Positions 54,622-63,143 are shown, counted from the first letter of the stretch. The stretch is DNA of 64,000 nucleotides from Acidobacteriota bacterium (GCA_040755995.1 JBFMAF010000036.1:256001-320000), one strand, 5' to 3'. Made by a program: numbers and translations. The notes: generated by a model from the sequence alone, not told the origin.

Positions 54622-56649
54622 CTACAACCGCACCCGTTCCACGTAGGTGCCCAGCTCGTCCTTGAGCGTTGCACAAACCTCGCCGACGGAGGCATACGCA
54701 GAAACCGCCTCGAGGATCGGTGGCATGACGTTGTCGTGGGCTCGCGCCGCCTCACGCACTCGCCGCAGCAGACTCGCCACCGCCGCTCCGTCTCGCTCGC
54801 GCCTCACCCGTTCGAGCCGTGCGATCTGCCGCCGCGCCTCCTCTTCTCGATACGGGTGCATTTCCACAGGATGCGGCTGCTCCTCCTCGCGGCAACAATT
54901 CAGGCCGACCTTCTTGATGGCCCCACTGCGTATCTGTTTCTCGCGCTCATAGGCGCTGCGATTGACCGCAGCCTGCACGCGGCCGTCGGCGATCGCCGGG
55001 ATGATCCCGCCCTGCGAGCTGATCTCTTCGAGAATCCTCTCGATCAGCGATTCCATCTCGTTTGTCGTGGATTCGACAAACCACGACCCGGCGAGAGGGT
55101 CCACAGTGTCGCAGGCCCCTACCTCGTACATCAGGATCTGCATCGTACGCAGCGACAGACGCGCCGCGTGTTCGCTCGGGATCGTGTAAGCCTCGTCGTA
55201 CGAGCACAGTGCCATCGTCTGCGTGCCGGAAAGGGCGCTGGCGAGGGCGTAGTAGGCGCCGCGCGCGATGTTGTTCTCGGGCTGCTCGATTGTGAGCCCG
55301 GCTCCGCCGCCGCCTGCGATCATGCGAAGCTGCATGGCGCGCGGGTCCTTCGCACCGTAGCGCTCGCGCAGGATCCGCGCGTAGAGCCGCCTTCCGGCGC
55401 GGAACTTCGCCACCTGCTCCCAGAGGTTTCCATGTATGTCGAAGTTGAAGGATAGCCCCCGCGCCACTTCGTCAACCGCGAGCCCTCGCGACATCATGTG
55501 ATCGACATAGGCGAAGGCGATCGCGAGCCCGTAGGCCATCTCTTGCGCCGGCGTCGCACCGGACTCGCGGATGTGGTAGCCGCACACGGACACCGGGTTG
55601 TAGTGAGGGACGTGCTCGGCGCAAAACGCGATCGTGTCGCCAACGAGCCGGACGCTGTCTTCGACCGGGAAGATCCACGTGCCGCGCCCGACGAACTCCT
55701 TGAGGATGTCGTTTTGCGCCGTACCGCGAAGCTGACCGAGCTCGAAGCCGCGCTTCTTCGCCATCGCGAAAAACATCGCCATGATCGGCGCAGCGGCGCC
55801 GTTGATCGTGAGCGAGACGGTGGTGCGGTTGAGGTCGATTCCCTCGAACGCCTCCTCGATGTCGGCGAGCGTGTCCACTGCCATGCCGACCCGGCCGACT
55901 TCGCCCGCGGCCATGGGGTCGTCGGAATCGAGGCCGCATTGAGTCGGAAGATCGAAGGCGACGTTGAGCCCCGTCTGCCCGTGCGCAATCAGGTACAGGA
56001 ATCGTTCGTGCGTTTCCGCGGCCGTCCCGAAGCCGGAGTACTGCCGCATGGTCCAGGGGCGCTGGCGGTACATCAGCGGGTGGATGCCGCGAGTGAAGGG
56101 GTACTCGCCCGGAGCACCGATGCCGTTCCAGCCGCCACTGGCTTCGACATCGCTCGCCGCATAGACGGGCTTTATCTCGATGCCGGACTCCCATCGCACC
56201 TCGCGGGACTCGACACTCGTGCGCACGGCGGCGGCAACGGGCGCCGCGGCCCTGGCGGTTCGCCCTCGGATGAACGTCACGATATCTTCGAATGAAGCTC
56301 CTGTTGGAAAAACTGCGGCGACGCCGAGTTGCATGAGCGCCTCATGATCGCGCGGCGGCACGTTCCCGCCGACGATCAGGGTCGCGCAATCCATGATGCC
56401 TGCCGCGCGCAGCTCTTCCACCACACGCTCGCACAGCGGCACGTGGGCGCCCGAGAGAATCGAGAGGCCCACGACATCGACATCCTCGTCTCGCGCGGCG
56501 CGCGCAATAGCTTCGGGACTCTGGCGCAGCCCGGTGTAGATGACCTCCATGCCCGCGTCCATGAGGGCGCGGCAGATGAGCTTCGCGCCGACATCGTGCC
56601 CGTCCAGGCCGGGCTTGGCCACGAGCACGCGGACCGGCCGCTCGCTCAC
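54622..56649 (-). CDS. AdoCbl-dependent acyl-CoA mutase; N-terminal B12-binding domain fused to the catalytic barrel
   Basis: KPGLDGHDVG (DxHxxG), then PGEYPFTRG, WTMRQYSGF, AFDLPTQ, QNDILKE, GYHIRE, SYDEA. Confidence 0.93.
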   Translation of the reverse strand: MSERPVRVLVAKPGLDGHDVGAKLICRALMDAGMEVIYTGLRQSPEAIARAARDEDVDVVGLSILSGAHVPLCERVVEELRAAGIMDCATLIVGGNVPPRDHEALMQLGVAAVFPTGASFEDIVTFIRGRTARAAAPVAAAVRTSVESREVRWESGIEIKPVYAASDVEASGGWNGIGAPGEYPFTRGIHPLMYRQRPWTMRQYSGFGTAAETHERFLYLIAHGQTGLNVAFDLPTQCGLDSDDPMAAGEVGRVGMAVDTLADIEEAFEGIDLNRTTVSLTINGAAAPIMAMFFAMAKKRGFELGQLRGTAQNDILKEFVGRGTWIFPVEDSVRLVGDTIAFCAEHVPHYNPVSVCGYHIRESGATPAQEMAYGLAIAFAYVDHMMSRGLAVDEVARGLSFNFDIHGNLWEQVAKFRAGRRLYARILRERYGAKDPRAMQLRMIAGGGGAGLTIEQPENNIARGAYYALASALSGTQTMALCSYDEAYTIPSEHAARLSLRTMQILMYEVGACDTVDPLAGSWFVESTTNEMESLIERILEEISSQGGIIPAIADGRVQAAVNRSAYEREKQIRSGAIKKVGLNCCREEEQPHPVEMHPYREEEARRQIARLERVRRERDGAAVASLLRRVREAARAHDNVMPPILEAVSAYASVGEVCATLKDELGTYVERVRL

Positions 56650-57764
56650 GGATACAGCCCTCGCGCTATCGCGCCGCGCAGGATCTCGGATGTTCCTCCG
56701 CCGATGAGCGTGAAGCGCACGTCGCGCAGGTAGCGTTCGACGGGATACTCGCTCGCGAACCCGTAGCTCGCCATGACGCGGGCGGCGCGATCGCAGATGC
56801 GGAGCGCGGCCTCCGAGGCGAAGAGCTTCGCCATGGCTGCTTCATTTTCGTTGGGAAGCTTCTGGTCGCTTCTCCAGGCCGCCCAGTAGGTGAGCCTCCG
56901 CGCGGCTTCAAGATCGACGGTCATCTCGGCCAGGTGCTCCTGCACGGCCTGATGATCCTTGATCGGTTTCCCGAACTGCTTCCGTACGGCTGCGTACGCC
57001 ACGGCCTGTTCATGGGCCGCGGCGGCCACACCGAGTGCGAGCGCGGCGGTCATGACGCGGATCTCGGCCAGCACCTCCCGGAGGTAGGTGCCGCCGGCGT
57101 CCCTTTCGCCGAGGAGGCACGTGGCCGGCGTGTCGTCAAAAGAGACCTCGGAAGTGAGCGACGCGCGCACGCCCATCTTGTCGATGTCCTTGCCGATCGA
57201 CAGCCCGGGCGCCCCGGCTTCGACCAGAAATACCGAAAGGCTCTTCTCGCCCGTCTTCGCGAACACCGTGAACATCTGCGCCGCGCGGGCCGAGGTGACC
57301 CAGGTCTTGCAACCGGTCAAGCAAAAACGCCCATCACGCTCGACCGCGCGCGTCGTCATCGCCATGAGATCGCTGCCGGCGTCGGGCTCCGTCATGCAGA
57401 TGGCGCCGACGATTTCGCCTCTAAGAGCTCCCGGCAGCAGCCGCGCGCGCACCTCATCCTTTGCGAAACGCTGGACGAAAGTCGTCCCCATCAGTGACTG
57501 CAACGCGCAGGCAGCGGCTACAGAGAGGCTCCCGCGCGCGAGCTGCTCGATGGCGAGGACGTACGACACCACGTCGGCGCCGCTCCCATCTGGCTCCGGG
57601 TACCGCATGCCGAAAAGCCCGAGCTCCCCGGCGCGCCGGAAAAGCTCGTTCGGGAAGCGCGGGTTGCGGTCGAGCTCCGCGGCGGCAGGGCGCACCTCGC
57701 GCTCGGCAAAAGCGCGAAACGCCTCCTGAACCGCCCGCAGCTCTGCGGTCAGAGCAAAGTCCAT
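56646..57764 (-). CDS. Acyl-CoA dehydrogenase
   Basis: ICMTEPDAGSD, GCKTWVT, RKQFGKPI, AMAKLFASE, GGGTSEILR. Confidence 0.93.
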   Translation of the reverse strand: MDFALTAELRAVQEAFRAFAEREVRPAAAELDRNPRFPNELFRRAGELGLFGMRYPEPDGSGADVVSYVLAIEQLARGSLSVAAACALQSLMGTTFVQRFAKDEVRARLLPGALRGEIVGAICMTEPDAGSDLMAMTTRAVERDGRFCLTGCKTWVTSARAAQMFTVFAKTGEKSLSVFLVEAGAPGLSIGKDIDKMGVRASLTSEVSFDDTPATCLLGERDAGGTYLREVLAEIRVMTAALALGVAAAAHEQAVAYAAVRKQFGKPIKDHQAVQEHLAEMTVDLEAARRLTYWAAWRSDQKLPNENEAAMAKLFASEAALRICDRAARVMASYGFASEYPVERYLRDVRFTLIGGGTSEILRGAIARGLYP

Positions 57765-57823
57765 ATGTTGCCCATCTTCGCGAGCAGGCCGTTCATCGCA
57801 GGGAATTCCCGGACCACCGGTCC

Positions 57824-57862
57824 AGAGTAAAGCCTCCCGCAGCTTGTGTCAATACTGTTGAC
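57824..57862 (-). promoter_or_regulatory. sigma70 promoter of the acyl-CoA dehydrogenase/mutase operon with overlapping inverted repeat
   Basis: Minus strand TTGACA(57852-47)-N17-TACTCT(57829-24); GTCAA-N5-TTGAC at 57848-57862. Confidence 0.65.
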
Positions 57863-57979
57863 CATGTTGCAGCTTCCGGGTTTCGAGTGGGTGACCACTA
57901 TGGGTTGTTGTCAGGAGACGCGAGTGCCGTTTCCCGGTACTTCTTTCGCTGCAAATAGGGCGCGCGCCGGGTTGCAACA

Positions 57980-58019
57980 GACGCGGAGACGCGGTGAGGG
58001 GGAGACGCGGAGACCCCGA
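57980..58019. repeat. 5 degenerate tandem octamers (GACGCGGA)
   Basis: gacgcgga gacgcggt gaggggga gacgcgga gaccccga. Confidence 0.65.
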
Positions 58020-58029
58020 CGGAGGGCAC

Positions 58030-58243
58030 GCGTTGCATCGCTGCCGACGCGGTAGATCGTTTCAACACCTAGCCCGCCGCGTTGGCGGCCGGCCCCGGCC
58101 GAGTCGCGCAGGTATTCGTGCTTGATCAGCGTGTGCGGCGTCATGTGCTCGAACATCTCGCAGTCCTGGTCCAGGACGCCGCCCGAGGCGTCTATCATCC
58201 CGATGTGGTCGTAGCCGTCGCAGTCGCGCATCGCGCCGGAGCC
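58030..58243 (-). pseudogene. Internal fragment of a hydantoinase B/oxoprolinase family gene
   Basis: GSGAMRDCDGYDHIG...EMFEHMTPHTLIKHEYLRDSAGAGRQRGGLG. Confidence 0.75.
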
Positions 58244-58582
58244 AGGTTGGTCAGACAGGTGTGCATCCCTTCCGGATCCAGCGGCGCATCCCGGATCTTA
58301 TCACGAAGGTTGCAGCGCAGCTCGATGCCGATCTTGCGGGCAACGTCGGGATAGACTGGAATTCCTGTCAAGAAGGAGTGGCCGGCCGTACTCCTGGCTC
58401 AAGTTCCTTCTGTTCTGTCTCCTTCTGTTTCTCGTTCTGGCCACCGCGGCAAACATGTGCCTGGAATACCTGTTCGCCTGAGCTGGATCACAGCACTGCC
58501 GCCGGCGGTTCGTCTGAGAATTCCGACAGCCCGATTCCTACTGCGTCGATTCGGATTCGGGTGGTGGCGGCGGAACATTCTC

Positions 58583-58672
58583 AGGGGCCGGGGCCTGCCG
58601 CGCACGACACCCGGACAGGATCGAGACCGCCAATGTCATCACGATGAACAGCAAGGCCAGACGCTTTTTCAT
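58583..58672 (-). pseudogene. Lipoprotein signal peptide followed by an early stop
   Basis: GGAGG RBS, MKKRLALLFIVMTLAVSILSGC (lipobox), TGA after 29 codons. Confidence 0.5.
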
Positions 58673-58686
58673 TCTTTCCTCCACGA

Positions 58687-59049
58687 TCATTTTGTTAACT
58701 TATGATTCCTTCCCGCCGACCGGGTCAAAGTTACTGCGGCAGCCTGTTCGGATCGATAAGTCTCCAATAGTTTGGGCGGCAAAGCAGTGATGGCGTCAAC
58801 CTCGAACGGCGGATCCGGGTGCATGCCCGCAATCTGATTCAACTGCGTGACTGCCAGGTTGATGCTGCTGCTGATCCTCTCGGAGTTTTCCGGAGTCACC
58901 CCCTGGATTTCGATGATCGTCATCGCCACGCCGATATTGCCCGCCGCATTGAAAACCAGCCGCTGCATCTCGTTTGCCGACGCGTGCTGCGCAAAAAACA
59001 GTAACAGCACCGCCCCAACTGTTGGAATCGACAAAATGCGTCTTTTCAT
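58687..59049 (-). CDS. Secreted hypothetical protein (possibly truncated)
   Basis: GGAGGGAG RBS; signal peptide ending ASA. Confidence 0.6.
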   Translation of the reverse strand: MKRRILSIPTVGAVLLLFFAQHASANEMQRLVFNAAGNIGVAMTIIEIQGVTPENSERISSSINLAVTQLNQIAGMHPDPPFEVDAITALPPKLLETYRSEQAAAVTLTRSAGRNHKLTK

Positions 59050-59089
59050 CCTCCCCTCCGGCGCGGTGATCCTGCACCGCGCAAGAGCT

Positions 59090-60028
59090 TTATTCTTTCA
59101 CAAGCAACACCAGGTCCCGGCCCCATTGCCCGAAATCGGTGACAAGCCAGACCTGAAAGGTGTAGGACCCCGGTTGTGCCGAACCAGGAATCGGGAATTG
59201 AATCTCGTGCGCGTGCAGGCCGTTCCCTTTCTGCAGGGCGTCCTTTCGCGGGTTCGTGAGAAGTGCATTGCCGTCGAAAAGAACCTGCAGGCGCACATTA
59301 ACCGCGGTCTCCTGTGCAGAAGCGAGTCCCGCCACCTGGAACGAGAGTTTGACCGTGACCTTTTCGCCTTTTCGAATCTCCGCGGGCTGTACTTCGGCGG
59401 CGACCAGTTCCACTTTCGGCTCGGACCCGGGTTGCGGAGGCGGCGGCGGGACAACAGGCGGCGGGGCGCCGTCTCCGAACTTCTCGTCGGGTCTGGATTC
59501 CATCGCATCGGCCGTCACTTCGCCCTCCACTGTCGCAACATTGCGCAGCGCCTGCACGATCTTTTCCGGGCGGACGTCGGTGGAGGTCAGCTTGCGGCCG
59601 AAATGGATCTGAATGCGCGTTCCCAGCTCGAAGAGACGCTGCTTCTCCGCATCTTTCCAGTCGTACGCAAACACGCTGCCGCCGCTGTTGACATTGAGCA
59701 CGACGTTGTCCTTGCGCACTTCCACCTCGCGGATGGTAGCGCGCTCTCCGCGGAGCACCGAGGGCGGACCGATCCGGAGCGTCTTGAGATAGAACTCCCG
59801 GTCGTAGTCTCCGTTCCAGACCACCACGAGCGCTTCGGCTACCGGGAAATCGACCTTCGGAACGATGGCCTTTCCTGTGAGATACCGTTTCAGGTTTTCT
59901 TTCTCCGCCTCTGTTGCCAGACCCGCCTGCAGCAGGGAAGAAGACGACAGAACAAGACAGAGAGCAGTCAGGGCGACGCTACACGCGGAAGAACCACGGA
60001 GTCCTTTGTTCGTCATTTCCGACTGCAC
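59090..60028 (-). CDS. Secreted hypothetical protein with Pro-rich linker and Ig-like C-terminal domain
   Basis: Signal peptide, APPPVVPPPPPQP linker, beta-rich tail (PGSYTFQVWL). Confidence 0.7.
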   Translation of the reverse strand: MQSEMTNKGLRGSSACSVALTALCLVLSSSSLLQAGLATEAEKENLKRYLTGKAIVPKVDFPVAEALVVVWNGDYDREFYLKTLRIGPPSVLRGERATIREVEVRKDNVVLNVNSGGSVFAYDWKDAEKQRLFELGTRIQIHFGRKLTSTDVRPEKIVQALRNVATVEGEVTADAMESRPDEKFGDGAPPPVVPPPPPQPGSEPKVELVAAEVQPAEIRKGEKVTVKLSFQVAGLASAQETAVNVRLQVLFDGNALLTNPRKDALQKGNGLHAHEIQFPIPGSAQPGSYTFQVWLVTDFGQWGRDLVLLVKE

Positions 60029-62661
60029 AAGCTGTTTGCCCGGGCCTGAATCTGGGCCTGGGTTCCCGTGGCGATCAGCTTCATGTTGGTGACCCGGGCA
60101 TACTCCTGAGGTGTCATGCCATCGTCATCGCCATCGCCAAATCCCATGACCATGTAGTTCTTGCAGCCCGCATCGTGCAGGAGCAGGCCCCAGGAGACGG
60201 GGTCCGGGGCGGAGACAGTGTTGATGGAGCAGCACTCCCCGGGGGACTGGCCTCCCGGAGGGGTTTCGCCTGTGCCGGTCGGGCCGGGCGCTGCAGGTGC
60301 AGGTGCGGACGGCTGACGCGTCATGGTCTTCTGGACTTGAGTCAGGATGTCGCGGATTTGGGCTGCGGCTTCCCTTCGACGGCGATCGCGCTCAGCGATC
60401 CTGTCCCGTTCGCTTGCCGAGGCGCCTCTGGTCTGCGCGTTTTCGATCTCCGCAATCATGTCCTTCGCCCTGGCGCGTTCGCAGGGGCCGCCCTCGATGC
60501 GGCGCAGCGAGCCGAGAGCCCCGTCGTAGTCATCGGTTTGAATCTGCGCGTAGGCCTGGCTGAGCATCTGTTCGGCAAACGCCTGCTTTTGGGCCAGGTT
60601 CCGCATCCGGGGCAGGTCCTTTGCGATGCGCGGGTCCGCGGGATGCAGGCCGGCGGCCTGTTCCATGAACTGGATGGCGCTTCGGTAATCGCAGGCCGGC
60701 GCATCGGCCAGCGCTTGCGCCGTGCGGATGAGCGCATCGGCCTGGGCCTGCCCGGCGGATGGCGGCGACGCGCCTCCGCCCTGCGACGAACCCCCGACAG
60801 TTGCCCCGCCGACTGCCGCTTCCCAGTCTGCGGCTCCGGCGGCGGGGGACCCGGTCCGATCCGGTGGCGCCTGTTGCAGGGATGCTGCAGCATCGGCGCA
60901 CTTCCGGGCGTTGGCCGCGGCGTTGTTCGCGGGTTCCACGAGCAGTTCGGCGGCGTCCACCCAGGTGGTCGTTTCGGCGATCAGGCCGGCATCCCACTGC
61001 GGTTCCGCGATGCCGCTCAGGCCGGCGGAGACGGACTGCAGAAAGGCGGAAAGGGTGCGGACCCTGTTCGCATGAGCAGCGAGTGGATTCTCCAGCCCGG
61101 CGGCCAGAGAAGCGACGGTCGACGCGTGCGATTGAATCCGCGCGTAGAGGTTTTCGAACTCTTTGCGCAGCCCGGCTGCCTGTTGCGCGTCGGGATGCGT
61201 GGAGAGCAGCTTCAACCCCTCCTGCAGATAGCCGGCGCTCTCGTTCTGGACGGCCCTGATCTCCTGGGCCATGGCCGAAATCTCTGCGATCTTGCCCTCC
61301 CCATCGACAATCGCCTCTTCCAGCGGCTTCAGGGCGGACGAGAGACGATTCGCTTCGGCACGGGCACTCCGCAATTCCTCGGAGAGAAGCGACCCGGAAC
61401 CGGACATTTGATTCAACTGGGCCAGTGCCTGGTTTGCGCGGTTCCATTCACTGTCTGCGATTCTCGCGTTCGACTCCGCCTCGGCGGCGGCCGACTGGAT
61501 GAGAGGCAGAAGCCGGCTGCGCTCCGCCGCGTCGGCGGAGTTCTTCAGGGTCTCGGCAGAACTGCAGGCTTCCAGGGCTTTCTCCCGCGCAAGACCCCGT
61601 GCCGTCGCCACCCGGTTGCACGCGGCCTGGATCTCTGCCGAGGATTGGGCGGCCTGCCGGGGCAGTTGCCCGATTTCCGCTGCCCGGGCGTTGATCCGGG
61701 ATACGGTGTCCTGAAGCGCCCGGGCTCCATGATCCAGGATCGCGATCGTCTGATCCCTTGCAGCCTGACTGCTGCTCATTCCCGATGCCGTCTGCTGCGC
61801 TTTCCCGGCAATCGACGCGGCTCGAGCTGCGGCATCGCGCATCTTCTGAAGGAGGTCGTCGACCGATACGCCGGCCTCCGCCGGGGGCACCGCCGGCGGA
61901 GTCCCGACTGCGGCCAGAAGCTCGCGGCAGCGATCCAGCTTCCACGCGTAGATGTCGCGAAGCTTCTCGAAATCGGCCCGGATGCCGAGCTTCGCGTCCC
62001 AGCTTTGAACAAAACTCCGGCTGATTTGATAGTGCTTGTGCTGCACGCCGCACGACGCGTCCTCAGTGTCCTGCCACGTGTATGGTCCGCTCAGATTCTG
62101 CTGGCCGCCCCCCTTCCATTTCTCCTCCAGGAAATCCCATCTCTTGACCAGGGACTCGCATGCCTTCGGATCTGTTGCCGAGGTGGCTTTGAATTGATCT
62201 TCGAACTTCACGAGCAAGCCCAACCAGGCGATTCTGGACTCCTGCAGATCCATGTACGTTTCCTCGGGCCCGCATTCTTCGCCACCTTCCAGCCGGATGC
62301 GGTGGTGGACCGCCTCGTGCCACAGGCTGACAGGAGCCTCGGAAAGGTTGATCGTCCGTACCACCAGCAGGTGGTTCTTCACCCCTCGCGGTAAGCGCGC
62401 CTCGGAAGGGTAGTACTTGCCTTGCACAAGCAGATCCGGATCCAGCTGGATGTCGAGATCCGCGAAGAGATCGCCCCGCATGTCGGCCCTGGAGCCGGGA
62501 TTCACGGCTTCGTAGAACAGGTAGGCCCGGTATCCGTCCAGAAAGTCCCCGAGGATGATTGCGACGGACGAATTGAGGCTGGTATCCTCGCCGGCCGCGG
62601 GGGATGTCGCGAAGAGCGGAAGCAACAACAGCGCGATCAGGCATGCGGGCTTTCGTTGCAC
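60013..62661 (-). CDS. Secreted protein with HExxH motif, long Ala-rich coiled coil and Cys-containing C-terminus
   Basis: AAGGAG RBS, signal peptide, LWHEAVHH...EETY. Confidence 0.75.
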   Translation of the reverse strand: MQRKPACLIALLLLPLFATSPAAGEDTSLNSSVAIILGDFLDGYRAYLFYEAVNPGSRADMRGDLFADLDIQLDPDLLVQGKYYPSEARLPRGVKNHLLVVRTINLSEAPVSLWHEAVHHRIRLEGGEECGPEETYMDLQESRIAWLGLLVKFEDQFKATSATDPKACESLVKRWDFLEEKWKGGGQQNLSGPYTWQDTEDASCGVQHKHYQISRSFVQSWDAKLGIRADFEKLRDIYAWKLDRCRELLAAVGTPPAVPPAEAGVSVDDLLQKMRDAAARAASIAGKAQQTASGMSSSQAARDQTIAILDHGARALQDTVSRINARAAEIGQLPRQAAQSSAEIQAACNRVATARGLAREKALEACSSAETLKNSADAAERSRLLPLIQSAAAEAESNARIADSEWNRANQALAQLNQMSGSGSLLSEELRSARAEANRLSSALKPLEEAIVDGEGKIAEISAMAQEIRAVQNESAGYLQEGLKLLSTHPDAQQAAGLRKEFENLYARIQSHASTVASLAAGLENPLAAHANRVRTLSAFLQSVSAGLSGIAEPQWDAGLIAETTTWVDAAELLVEPANNAAANARKCADAAASLQQAPPDRTGSPAAGAADWEAAVGGATVGGSSQGGGASPPSAGQAQADALIRTAQALADAPACDYRSAIQFMEQAAGLHPADPRIAKDLPRMRNLAQKQAFAEQMLSQAYAQIQTDDYDGALGSLRRIEGGPCERARAKDMIAEIENAQTRGASASERDRIAERDRRRREAAAQIRDILTQVQKTMTRQPSAPAPAAPGPTGTGETPPGGQSPGECCSINTVSAPDPVSWGLLLHDAGCKNYMVMGFGDGDDDGMTPQEYARVTNMKLIATGTQAQIQARANSLCSRK

Positions 62662-62859
62662 GGCTCCTTTATATACGAATATGGTTCGCTGTCAAGAAAG
62701 AAACGCTGATGAGCCTCAGCGGCCCTGCGGTTGGTGGGTCAGTAGAACGTCCGAACGGCTGTCCATGTCGTATTGCGGACCGAGTCGGTTCGGGAGATAA
62801 TTTGATCGAGACACTCGATTTCAGCTCTCCAGCGAGGGAGAGCCTACACGCTGCACTGG

Positions 62860-63025
62860 CTAGTAGCTCCGGTTCGCACGCAGGCGGGCGGTTTCTTCGG
62901 CGAGCACCTCGCAGGTGTCGGGATCGAGGGCCACGCCGTAGTGGCGGCGGGCGCTTTCGAGCGAAAGGATGCCGTCGCGGACTTCCCTGTCCATCTCCTC
63001 CGAATCAGGATTCCGCCATCCGGAG
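62860..63025 (-). pseudogene. C-terminal fragment of a hydantoinase B/oxoprolinase family gene, fused to an unrelated hydrophobic N-terminus
   Basis: GWRNP...REVRDGILSLESARRHYGVALDPDTCEVLAEETARLR. Confidence 0.65.
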
Positions 63026-63110
63026 ATGATCCCGTCGAGAGCCCCGCTCACCAGGATCGCCAGGGCAAGAACGACGAGCGCAATGAACCGGACCATCGAT
63101 CGCATGCGTG

Positions 63111-63143
63111 TGTGATATCACAATGTAGTTTGACGTCAAACTA
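63111..63143. promoter_or_regulatory. Two adjacent perfect palindromes (candidate operators)
   Basis: TGTGATATCACA (63111-63122) and TAGTTTGACGTCAAACTA (63126-63143). Confidence 0.6.

Noticed and set aside
54622..56649. IcmF or canonical methylmalonyl-CoA mutase gene symbol
   Set aside because: There is no GTPase domain, Tyr/Arg rather than Phe/Gln are present, and the pocket motifs differ from MCM, so no symbol was given.
59914..62394. 826-aa plus-strand ORF (and similar long shadow ORFs such as 4221..5870, 50424..51776, 53058..54404)
   Set aside because: Antisense to better-supported genes; expected in high-GC DNA; no motifs recognised.
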